The notes: generated by a model from the letters alone, not told the origin. A stretch of 64,000 bases of DNA from an uncultured Spirochaetota bacterium (GCA_963734495.1 CAVTHK010000013.1:192001-256000), one strand, 5' to 3'. Shown: positions 1-10,481, numbered from the stretch's first letter. Translations and numbers: made by a program.

Positions 1-107
1 GAGAAGCTGGGCCGCACGGGCACCGAGCGCTTGCCGGCGCCGATGCCGTCGACGGAGAGGATCGTCGGGCTCAAGTAGGTCGCGGCTGAGCTGATCCCCT
101 CGATCAT
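1..107 (-). CDS. Hypothetical protein, 5' part only (runs off the window edge)
   Basis: ATG at 107 preceded by a GGAGG-type RBS; open frame MIEGISSAATYLSPTILSVDGIGAGKRSVPVRPSF to the edge. Confidence 0.55.
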   Translation of the reverse strand, partial: MIEGISSAATYLSPTILSVDGIGAGKRSVPVRPSF

Positions 108-225
108 CGCTCCCTCCGCTTTGATTATCGGAGGGCGCACAAGAGCGAATGAGTCAGGCCGGGCGGCGCGGTCCGCTGCGAACGGACGACCGCTCGAATC
201 GATCAGCCGGGCTGCCGACAGGCTC

Positions 226-582
226 CTATCGGTTCCGGCGCTCTTCGCTGGACTTGCACTTGACGCAGAGCAGCGCGTACGGGATGGCCTCGAGCCTCTC
301 CCTGGGAATCTTGTCCCCGCAGGACATGCAGATCCCGTACTTGCCGTTCTTCATGCGCGCCAGGGCCGCGTCTATCCGGTTCAGCCGGGTGACCTCCACG
401 ATCTCCAGCGCCTCGAGGGTGGTGCGATCGATGTCGGAAGCCGCAATATCGGCGAGATCCTTGGGCTCCTTGTCCTCGATGAGCTTGCGGAAGTCCTCGT
501 TCTCCTGGGCAAGATGCTGGAAGATCTCGTCTTTCATCGCGAGGAGCGCCCGCTCCATCTTTTCGACGAATCTCTTGTCCAT
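226..582 (-). CDS. dksA: DksA/TraR family C4 zinc-finger protein
   Basis: DLADIA acidic coiled-coil tip, YGICMSCG...IPRERLEAIPYALLCVKC zinc finger; start chosen at MDKRFVEK. Confidence 0.85.
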   Translation of the reverse strand: MDKRFVEKMERALLAMKDEIFQHLAQENEDFRKLIEDKEPKDLADIAASDIDRTTLEALEIVEVTRLNRIDAALARMKNGKYGICMSCGDKIPRERLEAIPYALLCVKCKSSEERRNR

Positions 583-648
583 CGGTCCCCTGAACGCGCA
601 AAAAAGTTGCACGACAATGGACGATAAGTTCCTAAAAGTCAAGATTGA

Positions 649-677
649 TTGACAAATGGGCCGGGCTTCCCTACTAT
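649..677 (+). promoter_or_regulatory. Sigma70-type promoter for infA
   Basis: TTGACA (649-654), 17 bp spacer, TACTAT (672-677); AGGAGG RBS follows. Confidence 0.75.
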
Positions 678-696
678 CCTACTGTCAGGAGGACAC

Positions 697-915
697 TTGG
701 CAAAAGAAGAAGCGATCGAAGTCGATGGTGTCGTAAAGGAGTCGTTGCCGAATACCATGTTTCGGGTGTCGCTCCAGAACGGGCACCTCATCCTTGCCCA
801 CCTCTCCGGCAAGATGCGCAAGCACTACATCCGCATCGTCCCCGGAGACAAGGTCAGGGTCGCGCTCTCCCCGTACGACCTGACCCGCGGACGGATCATC
901 TACCGCGAGAGGTAG
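697..915 (+). CDS. infA: Translation initiation factor IF-1
   Basis: [10 protein letters not shown]...LPNTMFRV...[20 protein letters not shown]...[16 protein letters not shown] start after AGGAGG. Confidence 0.97.
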   Translation: MAKEEAIEVDGVVKESLPNTMFRVSLQNGHLILAHLSGKMRKHYIRIVPGDKVRVALSPYDLTRGRIIYRER

Positions 916-974
916 GTGCTTCGCCCGCGCCCCGCCGAGACCACTGCCGTCCCGCACCGCCCCGAGGAGGAATC

Positions 975-2345
975 ATGAGCGATCCCAAGGCGGCCCTGCA
1001 GTTCTGCCGGGCCCAGCGCGAGCGTTTCGTCGCCGACCTGCGCGAGCTCATCGCCATCCCGTCCGTCTCGACCGATGCCGCCCGAAGCGACGACGTGAGG
1101 CGGGCCGCGGAGTGGCTGGCTGGCCGGCTGCGCGCCATGGGAGCCCGCGGCGTCGACGTCGTCCCCACCGCGGGACACCCCGTCGTGCTGGGCGACCTCC
1201 CGGCCGCGCGGTCCGGCGCACCGACGGTCCTCGTCTACGGGCACTACGACGTCCAGCCAGTCGACCCCGTCGCCGATTGGAAGACACCCCCCTTCGAGGC
1301 CACGGTGCTGGGCGAGAACCTGTACGGCCGCGGAGTGACCGACATGAAGGGCCCCACGTGCGCCGCCCTCTTCGCGATCGAGGCGCTGGTCGCCTCGGGC
1401 GGCGTCCCGGTCAACCTGCGCTTCCTCCTCGAGGGAGAAGAAGAAATCGGCTCGCCCCACCTCGAGCCCGTGGTGACGGCGCACAAGGAGCGCCTGGCCG
1501 CGGACGTCTGCCTCAACCCCGACGCCGGCATGCTCGGGCCCGACTCCCCTACGATCACCTACGGGCTGCGCGGCCTCGCCTACTTCGAGCTTCGCGTGCG
1601 CGGGCCGAAGGTCGACCTCCACTCCGGCCAGTTCGGCGGCGCCGTTCACAACCCGGCCATCGTCCTTGCCGAGCTGATCGCGGGGATGCACGACGCGAAG
1701 GGCCGCATCACGCTTCCGGGCTTCTACGACCGCGTGCGCCCGCTCGGAGCCGAGGAACGGGCCGAGCTCGCGCGCCTTCCCTCGGGCGACGCGGAGATCC
1801 TCGCGCAGTCGGGCGCCCCCGCCCTCTTCGGCGAGCAGGGCTACAGCGCGGTCGAGCGCGTCGGGGCCCGGCCGACGCTCGACGTCAACGGCATGCTTTC
1901 CGGCTTTACGGGCGAAGGCTCGAAGACGGTGCTGCCCGCGACCGCGATGGCGAAGATCTCGACGCGCCTGGTCCCCGACCAGGACCCGAAAGAGGTCAAA
2001 GCCCAGCTCGAGAAGTATCTAAAGAAGAAGGCCCCCCCGACCGTCACGTGGGAGCTCAAGGACCTGGCGGGCACCGACGCCGCGATCACGCGGCGCGATT
2101 CGCCCGCGGTCTCCGCGATGAGCCGCGCGATGGAAGAGGTGTGGGGAAAGCGTCCGCTGTTCGAGCGGGCCGGCGGCTCGATCGCCGTGGTCGCGATGCT
2201 TCAGAAGAAGCTCGCGATGGAGTCGCTGCTCATGGGCTGCAGCCTCCCGGACGATGCCATGCACTCGCCGAACGAGAAGCTTCACCTTCCCACATGGCAC
2301 AAGTGCACCGAGGCCTTCGTCCGTTTCTTCTGCAACCTGGCCTGA
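975..2345 (+). CDS. M20 family dipeptidase (ArgE/DapE-like)
   Basis: YGHYDVQP, GRGVTDMKG, EGEEEIGS, DLHSG, HSPNEK motifs; GAGGAGG RBS. Confidence 0.9.
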   Translation: MSDPKAALQFCRAQRERFVADLRELIAIPSVSTDAARSDDVRRAAEWLAGRLRAMGARGVDVVPTAGHPVVLGDLPAARSGAPTVLVYGHYDVQPVDPVADWKTPPFEATVLGENLYGRGVTDMKGPTCAALFAIEALVASGGVPVNLRFLLEGEEEIGSPHLEPVVTAHKERLAADVCLNPDAGMLGPDSPTITYGLRGLAYFELRVRGPKVDLHSGQFGGAVHNPAIVLAELIAGMHDAKGRITLPGFYDRVRPLGAEERAELARLPSGDAEILAQSGAPALFGEQGYSAVERVGARPTLDVNGMLSGFTGEGSKTVLPATAMAKISTRLVPDQDPKEVKAQLEKYLKKKAPPTVTWELKDLAGTDAAITRRDSPAVSAMSRAMEEVWGKRPLFERAGGSIAVVAMLQKKLAMESLLMGCSLPDDAMHSPNEKLHLPTWHKCTEAFVRFFCNLA

Positions 2346-2894
2346 TCAGGGTTTCTTCGGCTCGCGGAGCGCCGCCCACGTCGCGCCGCTTCCTCCCATG
2401 TCGCGGTCGGCCGGCCCGAAGGCTCCCGTGTGGGGCGAGCGCTCGAGGTACGCCCGCACGAGGCGCTGCAGCACCGGCTCGCCCTGCGAGTGCTTGCCCT
2501 TGCCGTGGATGATGAGCACTTTGCGCAGCCCCGAGCGCCGCGACGCCGAGACGAACCGCTCGACGGCCGGGATGACCTCTTCGGCCCGCAGGCCGTGCAG
2601 GTCGAGGGCGGCCTGGGGCTTCATCCGCCGCAGCTCCGCGGCCCGCTCCGCGCGCTCGACGTGCGGGGAGCCGTAGCCCTCCTCGCGCCCGGCCTGCTCC
2701 TTTGGCGGGTGGCGCTCCAGCCACTCCGCGAGCGCGCGGGAGGCGCGGCTTCCCCCGCCCGCCTTGCGGCCGGCGTCGCGGGGCGCCTCCGGCTGCGCCT
2801 CGCTCTGCGCCTCGCGCTCCGCGCGGCGGCGCTCCTCCCATTCGTGCAGGATCTCTTCGAAGCCCACGCTCGATGTATAGGTGCGCGCCGCCAT
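2346..2894 (-). CDS. Smr domain (small MutS-related) endonuclease
   Basis: LDLHGL...IIHGKGKHS...GGSGATW motifs in the C-terminal part of ORF 2346..4430; start approximate. Confidence 0.85.
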   Translation of the reverse strand: MAARTYTSSVGFEEILHEWEERRRAEREAQSEAQPEAPRDAGRKAGGGSRASRALAEWLERHPPKEQAGREEGYGSPHVERAERAAELRRMKPQAALDLHGLRAEEVIPAVERFVSASRRSGLRKVLIIHGKGKHSQGEPVLQRLVRAYLERSPHTGAFGPADRDMGGSGATWAALREPKKP

Positions 2895-2899
2895 CAAGG

Positions 2900-3845
2900 T
2901 CAAGGCGCCGACGGATCCAGCAACAGCTCGCCCTTGATCCAGCCCTCGACCTGCAAGCCTGTCTCGACCAGCACGTGGGCCGAGGCGCGGCGCGCGGGTG
3001 CGCAGGCTGGTGCCCTGCGGCAGCGTCATCCACACCTGGGCCTGCTCCAGGGGCACGCGGCGCAGCGGCGCGCTCTCGGCCGAGACCACGGCGAGCGGGG
3101 CACGCGCCTCCGCCTCGGTGTAGACCAGGAGCCCCGCGGCCGAGGCCGCGGCGAGGGCCAGCAGGGCGAACGCGATGAACGACGAGCCGCGGCCGCGCGA
3201 CCTGCGGGCCAGCAGGAGGCCGAGGGCGACAAGGGCCGCGTCGGCGAGGACGACGGCCGCGGCGAACAGCGCCTGGGGAGAGAGCGTGCCGCGCGGAAGG
3301 ACCTGGGAGTCGAGCCCGTATTCCGCGCTGAGGAGAGCGAAGGTCCCTCGGTACTCGGCGCTGCCCGGCTCGTGCCGGATGGACCGCAGCAGCGCGGCCA
3401 TCGCCTGGGCCCTGCGGCCGAGGGCGTAGCTGCAGAGCGCGCGGTCGTAGGCGAGCGCGGCGTTGCTGCCCGCCGCGCGCTCGGCGTCGCCGAACAGGCG
3501 CTCCGCCTGCGCGTATTTTCCGGCCGTAAAGGCCTCGACCCCCGCCGTGACCGCGGCCCGCTGGTCGGCGGAGAGCGAGAGCAGCAGCGGCAGGCAGCAC
3601 ACCATCGAGGCCGCGAGCCAGCGCCGGCCCCGAAGCGCCAGCAGCGCGAGCGCGGCCAGCCCCGGCAGCAGGCCGAGATAGGACAGGGGCTCGCGCCAGG
3701 CGCGGCCGCGCGACGACGCCTCGACCTGGGGAAGGTCCTTGAGGTTCAAGGTATGCTCCCCGATCCGGACGGGGGTGCCTTCGCGGGCCGACACGCTCGC
3801 GGCGGACCAGAGCAGCAGCGCCAGCACGGCTGCGGCAGCCTTCAC
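2900..3845 (-). CDS. BatD/BatE-like TPR and SH3-like membrane protein (frameshift near 2990)
   Basis: Signal peptide, TPR (YDRALCSY), TM helices; the C-terminus VLVETGLQVEGWIKGELL lies in another frame ending TGA at 2900. Confidence 0.65.
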
Positions 3846-4441
3846 CAGTCGTTCCCCTTTTCCGGAGCCGGCTGCCGCGGAGCGGACTGCCACGCGTGCG
3901 TCTCCTTCTGCCGCGCGATGTCGAGGATCTCGCTCGTGCGCCGATCGATCCTCTGCGCGGAAGCGGTCGAGATCTCGCGCTGCGCGGCGCCTGCGTGCAT
4001 CTTGCGCAGCGCGAGCTCCAGGTTCACCTTGGCGTCCACGTCGCCGGGCTTCTGCCGCAGCGCCTCGACGTAGCTGTTCGCCGCGTCCTCGAAACGCCCC
4101 TGCTCGTACTCCAGCGCGCCGAGGTTGAACTGCGCGCGGAAGAGGAGCTCCCTGCCCTGCCCTTCGAGGGCGCGCGTGATCGTGTCGCGCGCCGCGGCCG
4201 GCTCCCCGAGCGAGGCGTAGACGTTGCCGAGGTCGTACTCCACGTAAGGCGCGGCCGCGCGCGACGCTTTCTCGAAGGCGGCGAGGTACGCGACCGTCGC
4301 CCGGCCGTACTCGCCGTTGCGGGCGCTCAGGTTGCCCCGCAGCACCAGGAGGTCTGCGCTGCCGGCGGGGCGGCCGCCCCGCGGCGCGCACGAGGCCAGC
4401 ATGAGCGCGAGGGCGAGCGCGGCAACCCATCGCGGCGTCAC
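3842..4441 (-). CDS. BatC-like TPR lipoprotein
   Basis: LASC lipobox; TPR motifs YDLGNVY, FNLG, DAKVNLELAL. Confidence 0.8.
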   Translation of the reverse strand: MTPRWVAALALALMLASCAPRGGRPAGSADLLVLRGNLSARNGEYGRATVAYLAAFEKASRAAAPYVEYDLGNVYASLGEPAAARDTITRALEGQGRELLFRAQFNLGALEYEQGRFEDAANSYVEALRQKPGDVDAKVNLELALRKMHAGAAQREISTASAQRIDRRTSEILDIARQKETHAWQSAPRQPAPEKGNDW

Positions 4442-5427
4442 GACATCTGCCTCCCGCGGAGGATCCGCACCAGCCGCGCGAGCACGAGCAGCGCCAGCGC
4501 CAACGAGAGGAACAGCCGGTAGAGGGGCCGCTGCTCCGCCCTCACCCCCTGCGTCCAGTCCTTCTCGCCCAGCCCCTTGAGCAGCGGGAGCAGGTCGCGG
4601 GCGACGCGCGCGGTCTCTCCCGAGCGGTAGACCCGGCCCCCGCTCGCGGCGGCGATCTGCTCGAGCTGCCGGAGGTCGAGCCGGCTCACGACGGGCCGAC
4701 CCGACCGGTCGAACACCGTGCGGCCGTCCGGCAGCACGAGCGTCGCCCCGGCCTCGGTGCCGATCGCGATCGCCAGGATCGGCACGCCGGCGTCGCGCGC
4801 GTCGCGCGCCGCGCGGACGGCGTCGCCGCTGAGGCTCTCGCCGTCTGAGAGGAGGAAGATCGCGCGGTACCGGCCAGGGTCGTGCAGGCTCGCGAGCGCG
4901 GCCCGGATGCCGGCCTCGACGTCCGACCCGGTCGAGGTCGACAGGTCCGGCCCCGCGGCGGAGAGCACCAGGGCGAGGGCCTCGGGGTCTTCGGTGAGCG
5001 GCAGCAGGCGGTACCCTTCGCCCTTGAACGCGACGACGGCGAAGCGCGAGGCCGGCAGCGCGGCGGAGAGGCGCTCCACCGCGGCCGTCGCGCTCGCGAG
5101 CCTGCTCGGCGGCTCGTCCGCCGCGAGCATGCTGCGCGACACGTCGAGCAGGTACACGACGTCGAGACCGGCGCGCTCGTCGACCGCCAGGCGCTTCCCG
5201 CCGCGCGGACCCGCGAGCGCCACGACCGCGAGCACGACGAACGCGACGGCGAAGGCGCCGGCGAAGAAGCTCTTGACCACCCAGACGTTGTAGAGGCCGG
5301 CGAAGCGCCTGCCGCCCGCGAGCGCGCGCAGGGGAGCGCGATCCGCGCGGAACCGCGCCATGAGCAGAAACGCGAAGGCCGGGGCGAGGATCAGCAGCCA
5401 GAGGGCCGACGGGTTGTCGAGCTTCAT
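4438..5427 (-). CDS. BatB-like VWA domain protein
   Basis: MIDAS motif DVSRSM, LPLTED, LLSDGE; N-terminal TM segments. Confidence 0.85.
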   Translation of the reverse strand: MKLDNPSALWLLILAPAFAFLLMARFRADRAPLRALAGGRRFAGLYNVWVVKSFFAGAFAVAFVVLAVVALAGPRGGKRLAVDERAGLDVVYLLDVSRSMLAADEPPSRLASATAAVERLSAALPASRFAVVAFKGEGYRLLPLTEDPEALALVLSAAGPDLSTSTGSDVEAGIRAALASLHDPGRYRAIFLLSDGESLSGDAVRAARDARDAGVPILAIAIGTEAGATLVLPDGRTVFDRSGRPVVSRLDLRQLEQIAAASGGRVYRSGETARVARDLLPLLKGLGEKDWTQGVRAEQRPLYRLFLSLALALLVLARLVRILRGRQMS

Positions 5428-5470
5428 CGGAGGACCCTCACGGGGCGCGGGCCCTGCGGTGCCGCGCGCA

Positions 5471-6472
5471 TCAGAACAGCTCCTTGAGCAGGGCCTTGCC
5501 CGCGGCCAGCCGCAGCAGGACGAGCAGCAGCCCGGCGAGCAGGAACCCCTCGTACAGAGGCGTCCGGACCACCGTGATCTTGACGCGCTTTTCCGTCTTC
5601 TCGTAGGAGTCGATCGCCTCGAAGATCGCGGCCAGCACTCCCGGGCTGCTCGCGTGAAAGAAGCTGCCGCCCGACGTGCGGGCGATCCGCCGGAGCAGCG
5701 CCTCGTCGAAGCGCCCCCGGTAGGTCCCGCGGACGGTGCGGCCCGTCTGCGGGTCGGTGTAGACGAGGGGCGCCTCGCCCTCGCGGCCGATCGCCACGGT
5801 GTGGATGCGGATGCCGAGCCGGGCGGCGGCCGCGGCTGCGTCGTCGGGCCCCACCTCGCCGGCGTTGTTCTCGCCGTCGGTGAGCAGGATGATGACCTTG
5901 CCGGTCGCGGGGCTGCGGGCGAGGTGCAGGCTCGCCAGCGCGATGCCCATGCCGATGGCCGTGCCTTCGCCAGGGCTCTCGATGCGGAGGGATTCCACCG
6001 CGTCCAGGAGCAGCGCGTAGTCGACGGTGGGCGGAACGCGCAGCACCGCCTCGTCCGCGAACGTCACCAGGCCGATCGGGTCGTTCTCGCGGCCGCGCAC
6101 GAAGGCACGGATCACGGCCTTGGCCGCTTCGAACCGGTTGTCGGGCTTGAAGTCCTGCGCGAGCATGCTCGGCGACTCGTCGAGCACGATCATGATGTCG
6201 AAGCCGCGCGAGAGGTAGCTCTTTTCCCTGGCCACCCGCTGGGGCCCGGCGAGGGCGATCACGAGCAGGGCGCACCCGACCCAGAACGCGGCCTCCGCCA
6301 GCGCGAGCGCGACCGCGGCGGGCTGAAGGCCGGGGGCAAAGCTCTCGCCCCGCCAGACCCGCCAGGCGAACGGGATGCGGCCGCCGCGGCGCGGGCTGAA
6401 ATGGATCAGCCAGACGAGCGGCGGGATCAGGAGCAGGAGGGCGAGCGCGGCGGGGTGCTCAAGCGTTCCCAC
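5471..6472 (-). CDS. BatA-like VWA domain protein
   Basis: DESPSMLAQDF, GTAIGMGI, LLTDGENNAG. Confidence 0.88.
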   Translation of the reverse strand: MGTLEHPAALALLLLIPPLVWLIHFSPRRGGRIPFAWRVWRGESFAPGLQPAAVALALAEAAFWVGCALLVIALAGPQRVAREKSYLSRGFDIMIVLDESPSMLAQDFKPDNRFEAAKAVIRAFVRGRENDPIGLVTFADEAVLRVPPTVDYALLLDAVESLRIESPGEGTAIGMGIALASLHLARSPATGKVIILLTDGENNAGEVGPDDAAAAAARLGIRIHTVAIGREGEAPLVYTDPQTGRTVRGTYRGRFDEALLRRIARTSGGSFFHASSPGVLAAIFEAIDSYEKTEKRVKITVVRTPLYEGFLLAGLLLVLLRLAAGKALLKELF

Positions 6473-7385
6473 TGGAGGCCTCCTCGAGCCGCCGCGAGCA
6501 CGCTTCGGCGCTCTCCACAGCCGCGAGCAGCTCCGCGGGGTCGGCGGCGAGACCGCCGAACTTGACCCAGTCGCCCCTCGCGAACAGGCGCGCGAGCCCG
6601 TCGGCCGCCTCGCGCTCTTCGCCAGACGGGGCCAGGACCCGCAGTCTCTCGCCCAGCTCGCGCGTCGTGGAGGTCGTGGCGGCCAGCCCGTGCCTCCGCT
6701 CGAGATAGGTCCGCAGCGCGGAGGTGAGCTCGATGTAGAACTCGCGGCCCGCGAGACGGGCCGCGCGGAGGCGCAGCCGCTTCAGGGCGCGCTGCAGGCG
6801 GCTCCACGGGAGCGCGAGACGCCGGGTGCGGCCCACCCGCCGGCCCAGGCGGACCGCCCTCACCGCCAGCCACGCGGCGAGGATGGGGCCGCCGATCGCC
6901 AGGGCTGCCGCGGTCGCGAGGCGGAGGGCGGTGCCGGGCACGAAGAGCTGCTCGCGCGGGGGGGCCGGCCGATCCGCTTTCTTCTCCTCGAGGATCGAGG
7001 CGGTCTGGATGCGCAGGTCCTCGAGGGCGACTGCGCCGAGATCGAGCCGCGGCACCCGCGTCGGGCCGGGAGCGAACGAGACGAGCTCGATGCGGACGTC
7101 CCACTCGCCGCCGCCGAGAGGCGCGACCCTCACGCGCTGCACGTCGAGCCACGGGGCCGACGGCATCTTCGCGGGGGCGCGCAGCTCGACGGTCTTCGCG
7201 CCTGCGCCGACCCGCACGCGCACGCGCAGCTCCACGGGGTCGCCGACGTAGAATCGCAGCGGCGCGGTCCCCGATTCGAGGACGGTGTAGCCGGGCTGCG
7301 CGGCCCCCTGTCCCGCGGCGAGCAGCGAGAGCAGCGCCGCAAGGGCGAGGGCGGCGGGGAGCCGCCGGAGGCGATGCCGGCTCAT
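6459..7385 (-). CDS. Membrane protein of the MoxR/Bat operon
   Basis: Signal peptide, one TM helix, LRTYLERR...TTREL...DWVKFG C-terminal motif; typical position after DUF58. Confidence 0.7.
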   Translation of the reverse strand: MSRHRLRRLPAALALAALLSLLAAGQGAAQPGYTVLESGTAPLRFYVGDPVELRVRVRVGAGAKTVELRAPAKMPSAPWLDVQRVRVAPLGGGEWDVRIELVSFAPGPTRVPRLDLGAVALEDLRIQTASILEEKKADRPAPPREQLFVPGTALRLATAAALAIGGPILAAWLAVRAVRLGRRVGRTRRLALPWSRLQRALKRLRLRAARLAGREFYIELTSALRTYLERRHGLAATTSTTRELGERLRVLAPSGEEREAADGLARLFARGDWVKFGGLAADPAELLAAVESAEACSRRLEEASSGNA

Positions 7386-8311
7386 CGGCGCTTCCTCCGG
7401 CGCTTGAAGAACTCGTCGAGCCTGAGGCCCGGGTCGTCGGAGGTGCCGATCTCGAGCGTCTCGACCCCGCACCGGCGGCATCGTGCGTTCCATTCCGCAA
7501 GCCGGTCGAGGGCGAACCTCTGCCAGCCGAGCCTGAATGAGCGCGAGCCGAATGCGGACAGCGTCGCCCCGCTCTCGGGGTCTTCGAGAGCGACGAGGCC
7601 CACGTCGGGAAAGTCCGCGTCCGCGGAGTCGGTGACCCGGACCGCGATCACGTCGTGCCGGCGGGCGAGGAGGGCCAACTCATGCCAGTAGCCTTCAGTT
7701 TTGAAGTCCGAGAGGATGACGCAGATGCCGCGCCTCTTGAGCGACTGCCCGATGGTGCGCAGGGCCAGCGCGAGGTCCGAGCCGCGTCCCGCCGCCGCAA
7801 AGCCGGCATAATCGTTGAGCAGCCTGTGGATGTGCTTGCGCCCCTTGCCGGGCGCGACCCACTTCTCGATGCGGTCGGAGTAGAGCACGGCGCCCACGCG
7901 GTCGTTGTTCGCGACCGCGGAGAGCGCCAGCGTGGCGAACGCGAGGAGCGCCGTCTCGTCCTTGCCGGTGTCGCCCGAGCCCGCGTACATCGAGGCGGAG
8001 ACGTCGGCGGCGAGGAACAGCGAGAGCTCCCGCTCTTCGCGGAACGTCTTGGTGTACGGGCTGCCCATGCGGGAGGTCACGTTCCAGTCGATGAGGCGCA
8101 CATCGTCGCCAGGGGAGTAGTCGCGCACTTCGTCGAACTCGATGCCCTGGCCGCGGAACACGCTGCGGTAGCCGCCGGCGAGGAGGCTTTCGACGAGGCG
8201 CACGCTCGAGAGCTGGATCGCGCGGAGCCTCCGGGCGAGGAGCAGCCGGTCGGGGCTCTCGTCGCGGCGGCCGCTCCTGCGCGGGCCCGCGCGCTCTCGC
8301 TTGCGGAACAC
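7382..8311 (-). CDS. DUF58 domain protein
   Basis: GQGIEFDEVRDYSPGDDVRLIDWNVTSR, FREEREL, ILSDF. Confidence 0.9.
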   Translation of the reverse strand: MFRKRERAGPRRSGRRDESPDRLLLARRLRAIQLSSVRLVESLLAGGYRSVFRGQGIEFDEVRDYSPGDDVRLIDWNVTSRMGSPYTKTFREERELSLFLAADVSASMYAGSGDTGKDETALLAFATLALSAVANNDRVGAVLYSDRIEKWVAPGKGRKHIHRLLNDYAGFAAAGRGSDLALALRTIGQSLKRRGICVILSDFKTEGYWHELALLARRHDVIAVRVTDSADADFPDVGLVALEDPESGATLSAFGSRSFRLGWQRFALDRLAEWNARCRRCGVETLEIGTSDDPGLRLDEFFKRRRKRR

Positions 8312-8324
8312 GGCCGCCCCCGGC

Positions 8325-9359
8325 TCACGGCACCGCGACGCGGGCGAGCAGCTCGCGCACGATGTCGTCGGCGGCCAGGCGCTCGCTCTCCGCCTCGTAG
8401 CTGAGGATCAGCCGGTGACGCAGCACCGCGGGAGCGACGGCCTTGACGTCCTCGGGGATGACGAAGCCCCGGCCTTCGAGCAGCGCCCGGGTGCGCGCGA
8501 GCCGGTAGGTGTAGATCGAAGCGCGCGGCGAGGCGCCGTACTCGATGTAGCGGAGCAGGTCCGCCCTGCTCTCCGCCTTGCCCTCCGGCCTGCTTTCCGG
8601 CCCGCCTGCGCCCCCGCCCGCGCCGGCGGGACGCGTGGCCACGACGAGCCGCACGATGTATTCCTCGACGCGCTCGTCGACGTGGATCTGCTCCGCGAGC
8701 CGCTGCACCTCGGCGAGCGCCTTGCGGTCAAAGGCGCGCTCGACCGGGATCGGCCTCTCGTTGCCGACCAGGCGCACGATCCGCACTTCCTCGTCGAAGG
8801 CGGGATAGCGCACGAGCAGCTTGGTCATGAAGCGGTCGAGCTGCGCCTCGGGCAGCGGGTAGGTCCCCTCGTGCTCGATGGGGTTCTGCGTGGCCAGCAC
8901 GAAGAACGGCGGGTCCAGGGGGTAGGTCGCATCGCCGAGGGTGACCTGGCGCTCCTGCATCGCCTCGAGCAGCGCCGACTGCACCTTGGCCGGGGCGCGG
9001 TTGATCTCGTCGGCGAGGATGATGTTGGCGAAGACCGGGCCCTTGCGCGGCGCGAACCGGCCGGTGGCCTGGTTGAAGACCATGGTGCCCACGAGGTCCG
9101 CGGGCAGGAGGTCGGGGGTGAACTGGATCCGGCGGAAGACCCCGTCCATCACCTCGGCCAGGGTCCGGATGGCCAGCGTCTTGGCGAGCCCCGGCACGCC
9201 TTCGACGAGAACGTGCCCGCCGCAGACGATGGCCATGAGCAGGCCCTCGATCATCTCGCGCTGCCCGACGACCCGGCGCTCGACCTGCTCGATCGCGCCC
9301 GCGAACAGCGCGGCGGCGGCCCTGACGTCCTGCTCGTCCAACTGCCCGGCTCGCTCCAT
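8325..9359 (-). CDS. moxR: MoxR family AAA+ ATPase
   Basis: EGVPGLAKT, RIQFTPDLLPAD, DEINRAPAKVQSALLEAMQE, ATQNPIE, GASPRA. Confidence 0.93.
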   Translation of the reverse strand: MERAGQLDEQDVRAAAALFAGAIEQVERRVVGQREMIEGLLMAIVCGGHVLVEGVPGLAKTLAIRTLAEVMDGVFRRIQFTPDLLPADLVGTMVFNQATGRFAPRKGPVFANIILADEINRAPAKVQSALLEAMQERQVTLGDATYPLDPPFFVLATQNPIEHEGTYPLPEAQLDRFMTKLLVRYPAFDEEVRIVRLVGNERPIPVERAFDRKALAEVQRLAEQIHVDERVEEYIVRLVVATRPAGAGGGAGGPESRPEGKAESRADLLRYIEYGASPRASIYTYRLARTRALLEGRGFVIPEDVKAVAPAVLRHRLILSYEAESERLAADDIVRELLARVAVP

Positions 9360-9479
9360 GAACGTAACTGTATAGCCGATCGGCGGAAGCCGCGGCAAGG
9401 ACGCGCGCGGCCGCCGCCGACGCCCGCGCCCCCTTGACTCGTGGTAATACCGGGTATCATCCTCACGACAGGGGGAAGA

Positions 9480-10400
9480 ATGGCGTCCCGCCACGGGAGG
9501 CTGCTCATCGCAGCCGCGGCGGTCCTGGCCGTCGCGGCGGGCTGTGCGCGGTCCGCGGCCACCGACAACAGGATCCGCGTCGCGGTGACGATCGCTCCGC
9601 ACGGCTACTTCGTGCAGAGGATCGCGGGCGCCCGCGTGTCCGTCCAGGTCCTCGTTCCTCCGGGACAGGACCCGCACACCTACGACATCACGCCTCAGGC
9701 CCTCAGGGAGCTGTCGCGCTCCCGGCTCTACTTCACGGCCGGGCTGGAGATCGAGAACACCCTGGCTCCCCGGGTCGCGAAGATAGGGAACATCCGGATC
9801 GTGGATACGCTGAAGGTTCTCGGGCCGTCCCTGTTCGCTGCAGCGCCGCAGGGCGCGCAAGCCGGTCAAGCCCCCGGCGGTCCGCAGGCCGGCTCGCAAG
9901 CGGCTTCCGCGGAAGGCGTCGATCCTCACGTCTGGCTCAGCCCGACGCTGGCCGCGCGTCAGGCCGAGACCATGCGCGATGCCCTCGTCTCCGTCGATCC
10001 CGCGGGCAAGGCCGACTACGAGCGCGGCTGCGACGGGCTTGTCGCGGACCTGCGCGCCGCGCGCGAGCGCATCGCCGCGCTCCTCGCCCCGCACCGGGGC
10101 GCGCGGCTCTACGTCTTTCACCCCGCGTGGGGCTATTTTGCCCGCGAGTTCGGCCTCGAGCAGGTGGCGATCGAGGTCGAAGGCAAGGAACCGACGGCCA
10201 GACAGCTCGCGGACCTGGTCCGCACCGCGCGGCAGGAGCGCGTCCGGGTGGTGTTCGCCGAGCCGCAGTTCAGCACCGCGAGCGCGCAATCCGTGGCGCG
10301 GGCAATCGGCGCCCGGGTCGCGCTCATCGACGATCTCTCGCCCGACTACCTCACCAACCTCGACCGCGCCGCCGCCGAGATCGCGGCGGCGCTTCGTTAG
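9480..10400 (+). CDS. Zn/Mn ABC transporter substrate-binding lipoprotein (ZnuA/TroA family)
   Basis: Lipobox AAGC, DPHTYD, DPHVWLSP, FHPAWGYF. Confidence 0.9.
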   Translation: MASRHGRLLIAAAAVLAVAAGCARSAATDNRIRVAVTIAPHGYFVQRIAGARVSVQVLVPPGQDPHTYDITPQALRELSRSRLYFTAGLEIENTLAPRVAKIGNIRIVDTLKVLGPSLFAAAPQGAQAGQAPGGPQAGSQAASAEGVDPHVWLSPTLAARQAETMRDALVSVDPAGKADYERGCDGLVADLRAARERIAALLAPHRGARLYVFHPAWGYFAREFGLEQVAIEVEGKEPTARQLADLVRTARQERVRVVFAEPQFSTASAQSVARAIGARVALIDDLSPDYLTNLDRAAAEIAAALR

Positions 10401-10481
10401 CCGCAGGCCAGTCAGCCGCGCGCGTCCTTGCCCAGCCGCGCGCAGTGCGGGTATGCTGACCGGCGTCCGCGGAGGATTCAA

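Noticed and set aside
2346-4430. 694 aa TPR-Smr fusion protein
   Set aside because: The apparent fusion comes from a frameshift near 2990; the natural SH3-like C-terminus and stop lie in another frame
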